Shown piece by piece: positions 58,877-64,000 of a DNA stretch of 64,000 nucleotides. Source of the DNA: an uncultured Verrucomicrobiota bacterium (GTDB lineage Bacteria > Verrucomicrobiota > Verrucomicrobiia > Opitutales > UBA9783); assembly GCA_902495005.1 (NCBI GenBank), contig CABUVL010000001.1:23370-87369 (forward strand), read 5' to 3'. Position 1 is the stretch's first letter. The number at the start of each line of letters is the position of its first letter. The position numbers were made by a program, and so were the translations under genes. Under the pieces are notes generated by a model. It saw nothing but the letters and a program-made list of their open reading frames with translations. It was not told where the DNA came from and searched no databases.

Positions 58877-59878
58877 ATGTTTGATAATACGTTAAAACGG
58901 CATTCTAAGCATAAGATTTTGTTTGCCATCCCTTCTTTTCAGGATCCTTACAGCCCGGGTCACACTGAACAGCTAGGGCCCATTATTCGTATTTTAAATG
59001 AAGAAAAATTCAATCACGTCGTCCTATTTGGCCTACAAATTTGGAAACTTAACGCGTTTTTAACGGAACAGTATCTTCAAACCCATTGGCCCGATGTTCA
59101 AGTCGATCGACACATCCTCCCCATTACCGACATTGGCATTTACAAAGATATTTTTTACAATTTAAAAGAAGCCCTCGGGGAATATCAGTCGTTGTTTCAG
59201 ACAAAAGACAATGAAATTTCCTTTCTATTGCCACCCAGCCTTTGTGATCGTCTATTGGATTGTTGGCTCTTATTGGCCACTTCACTGAATGTGGAGACGC
59301 AAATTTTCCAAATGGAATCTCATTTTTCGATGGCCGGCATCTACTCCGACGATATTTGGAATAAAGGCTTAGATTGGCTTACCGAATCGCCTCGCGAGTT
59401 CAACGATAAGGCCTTGGACAAACATCCACAGCTGCCCGTCACACTCACATTCCGTCAACGACAATACCTGGAGCAACTCCCCTCTCAACACGCCTCGATC
59501 TTATTAAAGAATGTTTCTTTGGACCTGGCACAATGCATTGCAAAATTTATCGCGCATCAACACGTTTTAAGTCATTGTCTCACCATACACTGTAACGAAA
59601 TACCTCCCGAAATCATCGATCCCATCTTATTCGGCTACAGCAAAAATATTCACGGCGGCAAGACGATCTTTCGCAAAGGATTACTACATCGATTCAACAA
59701 GGGTGTCATCTTACTGTTGGAGGCTAATACGCTGCAGGCATCGACCCAATCAAAAATAGCCCAACGCATTAATGACCCGTCCAACGATCAACATTACATC
59801 TTTGTTTCCAAGCAACAAACCCTCAGTCAGCCTTTGGAACAAATGTTGTACAATGTCAATTTACCGGCCTATGCTTAA
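58877..59878 (+). CDS. RtcR-like protein: CARF-type N-terminal domain plus truncated, motif-less sigma54-type AAA+ remnant
   Basis: By-eye colinearity with RtcR as I remember it: NEISFLLPPSLCDRLLDCWLLLA vs YLIHITTGTHVAQICWFLLA, and LFGYSKNIHGG..RKGLLHRFNKGVILLLEA vs LFGHVKGAFTGA..REGLLRSADGGMLFLDEI. The Walker A, Walker B, GAFTGA and HTH elements are absent. Confidence 0.45.
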   Translation: MFDNTLKRHSKHKILFAIPSFQDPYSPGHTEQLGPIIRILNEEKFNHVVLFGLQIWKLNAFLTEQYLQTHWPDVQVDRHILPITDIGIYKDIFYNLKEALGEYQSLFQTKDNEISFLLPPSLCDRLLDCWLLLATSLNVETQIFQMESHFSMAGIYSDDIWNKGLDWLTESPREFNDKALDKHPQLPVTLTFRQRQYLEQLPSQHASILLKNVSLDLAQCIAKFIAHQHVLSHCLTIHCNEIPPEIIDPILFGYSKNIHGGKTIFRKGLLHRFNKGVILLLEANTLQASTQSKIAQRINDPSNDQHYIFVSKQQTLSQPLEQMLYNVNLPAYA

Positions 59879-60107
59879 ATTTTTTCGAAAGCATAAAGAA
59901 CTGCGAGATATCGGTTGTTTCGATGCGCAACCGACAAAATATTCAAATGACCGTACGTTTGAAGCCTTACAAACGATTCATCTCGGCAAATATGAGTCTT
60001 CTAGCCTTCTTAAGCGTATGTTGATAAGCATCGTCCATGCATGCAGTATTCTCATAGGCTTATTTATTTTAATCGAAAGCATACGCGCACTTCTATTCTT
60101 ATTTTAG
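59871..60107 (+). CDS. hypothetical 78-aa tail-anchored membrane protein
   Basis: The ATG overlaps the upstream stop (ATGCTTAA). A basic N-terminus (MLKFFRKHKELR) is followed by a single C-terminal TM (ISIVHACSILIGLFILIESIRALLFLF). The track ORF starts at 59772, inside the upstream gene. Confidence 0.5.
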   Translation: MLKFFRKHKELRDIGCFDAQPTKYSNDRTFEALQTIHLGKYESSSLLKRMLISIVHACSILIGLFILIESIRALLFLF

Positions 60108-60115
60108 GCATTAAG

Positions 60116-60622
60116 GTGATTACAAAACACAGTGCATTCACCCTGATTGAGACACTCATCGTGTTAACTTTCATGGTAGGGATCATGGGCCTCACGCTTC
60201 CCATCGGCACGCAACTTAAGCATCGCGCCCTCAATTTAAAAACACGCGTTCAATTGTTGCGCTATCAAAAGGGATTGTATGACTACTACGCGCACTACGA
60301 AAACTTCCCTACATTCCTTCAACAAGACAAGGTCATCTTCATTAACAATCAGTACGCAAAATTTATTGCCACCCTTTCCGGTCATGATTTCATGGGAATC
60401 TCAACTTCACATTACAATCCCGACAAAATATGTTTTTGCGAGTTTGAAGCACAAGAAATACTACAAAATAAACTCACAGACGCGTTTCAAAACGACAAAA
60501 TTGTCTTGCTCATACGGAAACAATTGTCCCCCGAAAACGCTTGTAAAAAATTTCAAAACATGGCGAAATCCGATGACCCCGTGGATTGGTCGAACGAGGT
60601 TATTTTTTTCATCGCCAAGTAA
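60116..60622 (+). CDS. prepilin-type N-terminal cleavage/methylation domain protein (pseudopilin-like)
   Basis: GTG 60116 (in frame with the track ORF at 60041, preceded by AAGG) gives MITKHSA/FTLIETLIVLTFMVGIMGLTLP, a canonical short prepilin leader with the conserved Glu at +5. Confidence 0.8.
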   Translation: MITKHSAFTLIETLIVLTFMVGIMGLTLPIGTQLKHRALNLKTRVQLLRYQKGLYDYYAHYENFPTFLQQDKVIFINNQYAKFIATLSGHDFMGISTSHYNPDKICFCEFEAQEILQNKLTDAFQNDKIVLLIRKQLSPENACKKFQNMAKSDDPVDWSNEVIFFIAK

Positions 60623-61191
60623 AATTTTACAAGCCGAGGCTTTCAACATGCCCATTCAAACGACCGACGGAACTTCATTGCAAGACGATCCGCGATCAAT
60701 GGACTCCCCGGACCTTTTTGAATCAACACATGCTTTGAAACGATTATTTATCTGACCCATCAACGAGCGTAGAAGTTGTTGTACCCATTTCAACCATTCA
60801 CTCACCCTTTTGTGACAGGACGATGGACGGCAATCACACATTGCCGCAACAGCATTCACGATACTTCAGGTAAGTCATTGGGCCCCTCTAACTGGACCCT
60901 ACATTTGGCAAGGCCGTCACCCCATGTAACTCACGGAGACATCATTTAATCAAAAAGCAGCTTGTCCTCACATATAAAATCGAGGCGCCACCGACATCGT
61001 CAACGCAGATGCAATTTACTCAAAACTTAAGGATAAATACATTAAGCATTGAACACTCAACGGGCTTGGATTTTTACCCCCTAAAAGAATGAACATTACC
61101 TCGGCCTAAAAGTCAAAATTGCTTTTTCCGACCTCCCGGAGCTACATCAAGTCGAATGCTTTGGGCCTTTTGGAACGCTATAAACGCACGG

Positions 61192-61830
61192 TCAATGAGA
61201 TCCGGCAATAGTTAAAAACTCCGGCGTGATAGTAACCTTGTCGATACGCCCCGTATACTCCGGGTCCAGTGTCCAAAAGCGAAATGTCAATGGCTCTCCC
61301 AGGAAGCGGCAGTTGTAAGAATCGAGCAACACAGAATTTCGATTCATTGTCGTGCACAGGGTTGAGGAAAAAGTAAACGATTGATCGTATGCGACCTCCG
61401 ACACGTGAAAATAAAGCCCAAATTTATCCTTACGTTCTCGATTAAGATGCCCATTCAAATTTATAAACGGATTGGGCATGGACGGCAACGTGGCTTCAGC
61501 ATCACAGACCTGCGCGATGGGGAAAAGGCCCGTAGATGTAATTTCGAGTTCGTCGTCAGACAAGGTGTATTCATCTGACACGGGGCCCTCCATACGTTCT
61601 TTGATCCCTTTGTCAGAAAAATCGAACACAAACTGCCGGGAGATCTGAAAGTCATTGATCGTGTAAGTGTATTGGAGCTGCACAGAGGACAGCATCCAAT
61701 ACAAGCGTGCGATGATGTCACGGGTGAAAAACAAATTTGGGATCGTAGTGGCCTCCGGGTCGAACACTCGAAAGTGAATGGGGAGGCCCGCCCTATTTAC
61801 AAAAGCTCTGAAAGGTTCAATCGTTGGCAT
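61192..61830 (-). CDS. hypothetical protein, last gene of the right-edge operon
   Basis: 212-aa ORF starting 24 nt after the upstream stop. No family recognised. Confidence 0.55.
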   Translation of the reverse strand: MPTIEPFRAFVNRAGLPIHFRVFDPEATTIPNLFFTRDIIARLYWMLSSVQLQYTYTINDFQISRQFVFDFSDKGIKERMEGPVSDEYTLSDDELEITSTGLFPIAQVCDAEATLPSMPNPFINLNGHLNRERKDKFGLYFHVSEVAYDQSFTFSSTLCTTMNRNSVLLDSYNCRFLGEPLTFRFWTLDPEYTGRIDKVTITPEFLTIAGSH

Positions 61831-61854
61831 ATTTTTTAAAAAAATGATAGCCCT

Positions 61855-63546
61855 CTATGAGGAGAGGATCCACGCCTTTTTCAAGACGCCCGACTCAATG
61901 ATATCGTAAGGGCGCATGCATATTTGTACATTTTCCGGCAAGGCCGACGTGTCTAATTCAATTTGCTTGTTCCCATCCGACACCACAAATTTGCTGAATT
62001 GTCCCTGGTCGTTACCCGCGTGTGTGAGAGGCGTGTGCGTCGGGAAGTACGTAATCGTCTGGGCAGTACCAGCGTTAACATCGAAACGTACTTCCGGATT
62101 GGTGGAAGTGGTCCTCAAGCGATTCGACCGCATGAGTTGAATCAAGTCATTGGGCCCAAGATGCTTGGGCGCTCCAAAACGCAAGTCAACGGTACCCGTA
62201 TCCAAGTGACAACATTCTTCTTGAACGACGGCGTTGATGTGTTCCAATTCTGCAGAAGCCTCCGTAAAATTGATACGTGTCCCCATGTAAGAGGGTCCAA
62301 TTTCACGCGATTGAATCTGCACAGAACCCTCATATTGCAAGGTTGAAACGGCGTCGAACAGGACTTTTGCCAGGCCACTGGGAGGGACCGTGCCACCTTT
62401 AACGAAGGTACTGTGACGATACGTCTTGGAAACCGCGTTGGTCGTGCACATGCGCAAACTAATTAATCGGTTCTTAATGACGCTAAACGCACTCGTGTAA
62501 TTTACGTGCGCACAAATCGTTTCGTACCGCGCTTCACAATTCATCCACGGCGCAATCGCACCTTCAATTAATTCATTCGTCAAATTACTTTCTCTTTGGA
62601 TATCAAACAAATGAATGTTGTCATTGGGAACGGCTTGCAAAATAGGGCAATGCCTTTTCCACCACTCAATCGAATTGGTTTCAATGGGGGACACCTTCAC
62701 AACTTGTTCTTGCAAGTGGCTGCGATTGCCTTCCAATTCGATTGTAAGCACCAGCGCATTGAATTCTTCGCCGTTTGCATTAGCCGGGTACTTGTCAATG
62801 GTATTTGTTTTCCACGTTACCTGGCCGTTGGAATGCGTATGCTCATATTTCAGCACGACAGAATTGACCCTTAAATCGTACCTTGGCACAACGTGAAGCC
62901 GTTGCGCCTGCGAAAGACGAATGTCACGAGCCGTTAAAAAGGACTGACGCACGATGTTGAATGTAGGGGGCGTTGAGGCATAATCCGTCCAACAGATGGC
63001 ATCAGGCGCCCACCTTAAAATACGTTGTAAGGCTTCTGCGCAACTGCAATCTTTTACCGATTCGTACGGAAAGTAAAAATCAAAGCCCTCGATGCGCCCC
63101 ACCTGCATAGGGACATTGTGCTTTATCGCGTATTGTAATAGCGATTGGATGCACTCTTTTGCATTCAACGCCTTGCCCGCATCCGATTGCCCAAGGATGC
63201 AAACCCCGCGAGGGAACAAAATTAAATTTTCCTTGGGGCTTCCGTCCGAATAGCGCCAATTCTGTTGATAAACAATATGTTCGAGGTACCACCACGTGCC
63301 GGCAATTTCATAAAAATTCTCCTCCACCTCCGGAGCATAAAGACAGGGGACTTGTGTAATACGGCCTTGAAACCAAGGCGTCTGATCTTTATAAATAACG
63401 AGCGTCTGATCTGGTAAAAACTGTTGGCCCTTGGTCTTAAAACGAACGCGGTCGTTGCCCTGATTTGTCACACGTCTTACGGCGTCGTAAATGCCCCAAT
63501 CTTCAAACGTTTTTCGACTGTGATTGTACAATAATTCCCACGCCAT
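61855..63546 (-). CDS. hypothetical 563-aa protein (weakly phage tail/hub-like N-terminus)
   Basis: Long uninterrupted ORF. The N-terminal pattern LVIYKDQTPWFQGRITQVPCLYAPEVEENFYEIAGTWWYLEH resembles tail-hub/late-control-D type N-termini, but this is an impression only. Confidence 0.6.
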   Translation of the reverse strand: MAWELLYNHSRKTFEDWGIYDAVRRVTNQGNDRVRFKTKGQQFLPDQTLVIYKDQTPWFQGRITQVPCLYAPEVEENFYEIAGTWWYLEHIVYQQNWRYSDGSPKENLILFPRGVCILGQSDAGKALNAKECIQSLLQYAIKHNVPMQVGRIEGFDFYFPYESVKDCSCAEALQRILRWAPDAICWTDYASTPPTFNIVRQSFLTARDIRLSQAQRLHVVPRYDLRVNSVVLKYEHTHSNGQVTWKTNTIDKYPANANGEEFNALVLTIELEGNRSHLQEQVVKVSPIETNSIEWWKRHCPILQAVPNDNIHLFDIQRESNLTNELIEGAIAPWMNCEARYETICAHVNYTSAFSVIKNRLISLRMCTTNAVSKTYRHSTFVKGGTVPPSGLAKVLFDAVSTLQYEGSVQIQSREIGPSYMGTRINFTEASAELEHINAVVQEECCHLDTGTVDLRFGAPKHLGPNDLIQLMRSNRLRTTSTNPEVRFDVNAGTAQTITYFPTHTPLTHAGNDQGQFSKFVVSDGNKQIELDTSALPENVQICMRPYDIIESGVLKKAWILSS

Positions 63547-63549
63547 AAA

Positions 63550-63699
63550 TTAATTCCTCGCATTGTAGAGTTGTTCTCTCATTTCTTGTATGGCACGGTC
63601 CAAATTCGCAATATCCTGGCGTTGCTCTTGCAGGCACTCGATCAATTGACTGAACATTTCTTCATCGGTAGAAGCGTTAAACGAATCAATTTTTTTCAT
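63550..63699 (-). CDS. hypothetical 49-aa coiled-coil protein
   Basis: Not in the track because it is under 60 aa. It encodes MKKIDSFNASTDEEMFSQLIECLQEQRQDIANLDRAIQEMREQLYNARN. GGAGGG lies 6 nt upstream of the ATG. The start overlaps the upstream gene end by 14 nt, and the stop lies 3 nt before the next ATG. Confidence 0.5.
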   Translation of the reverse strand: MKKIDSFNASTDEEMFSQLIECLQEQRQDIANLDRAIQEMREQLYNARN

Positions 63700-64000
63700 G
63701 AAGGAGCCCTCCTAAGATGTTATACGTCGTGTAAGAAGCATTCCCATGGTACCGTACATCGATATTTTCAAGGCTGGCATTGTCCAACTGGAAGCTCCTT
63801 TGGCCCTTATCTTCCAACTCGATGCATAACGTTCCACCGGCTTGCATGAGCGAAGAGGCATGCGTCAGTGCGTAGCGCTCAGCCTCTTGCTGCGATTTAT
63901 GTCGACGGCCCACCACAAAAGTGATTTGCGTCTGTAAATTGCCTCGATTAATCGTCTGAACAGCTTGAGCGCGTATCGCCTGCAAAATTTGTATTTGCCG
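63686..64000 (-). CDS. hypothetical protein, N-terminus beyond the right window edge
   Basis: The frame stays open from 64000 down to the stop at 63686. The track start at 63985 is a TTG within a longer open frame. No family recognised. Confidence 0.5.
   Translation of the reverse strand, partial: RQIQILQAIRAQAVQTINRGNLQTQITFVVGRRHKSQQEAERYALTHASSLMQAGGTLCIELEDKGQRSFQLDNASLENIDVRYHGNASYTTYNILGGLLHEKN

Noticed and set aside
60279-60755. 158-aa alternative-frame ORF overlapping the pseudopilin gene.
   Set aside because: The pseudopilin frame has the diagnostic prepilin N-terminus. The alternative frame is Thr/Ser/Lys-rich with no features.

Overview
This is a chromosomal window from a diderm bacterium. 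It carries Kdo/heptose LPS-core genes, a beta-barrel OMP with a C-terminal Phe, and prepilin-type proteins. GC is roughly mid-40s by eye. The gene content (divergent FtsZ, pseudopilins, BspA-type LRR proteins, isolated flagellar-type export genes) is reminiscent of PVC-superphylum or host-associated lineages, but I cannot assign a taxon from sequence alone. I support about 60 protein genes, tRNA-Phe(GAA), tRNA-Ser(GGA) and RNase P RNA. I saw no rRNA, CRISPR array, transposase or integrase. Bases ~1.7-53.5 kb are tightly packed housekeeping genes: tadA, der, fmt, mutM, xth, sufCBD, nadK, kdsC, tsaD, comM, ptsI, mutL, ruvB, pntAB-pntB, xerD, rnpB, rpsR, tsaC, folD, xseA, pgi and others. Several members of this block are oddities, described in the findings. 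Visibly AT-richer accessory DNA sits at the left edge (1-1.5 kb), around 29.4-30.6 kb, and from 54.9 kb to the right edge. The observations I rate highest are: (1) a three-gene operon with an RtcR-like CARF domain fused to a catalytically dead AAA+ remnant, a tail-anchored mini-protein and a pseudopilin; (2) a compact operon of unrecognised proteins running off the right edge, possibly the end of a phage-tail-like module; (3) a very divergent FtsZ outside any dcw context, with T7-loop aspartates replaced but the C-terminal anchor peptide kept; (4) a GlnD homologue in which both catalytic motifs look inactivated; (5) a CHASE2-type adenylate cyclase abutting an isolated flhA. All family assignments come from reading the translations and from remembered motifs. 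No searches were run.
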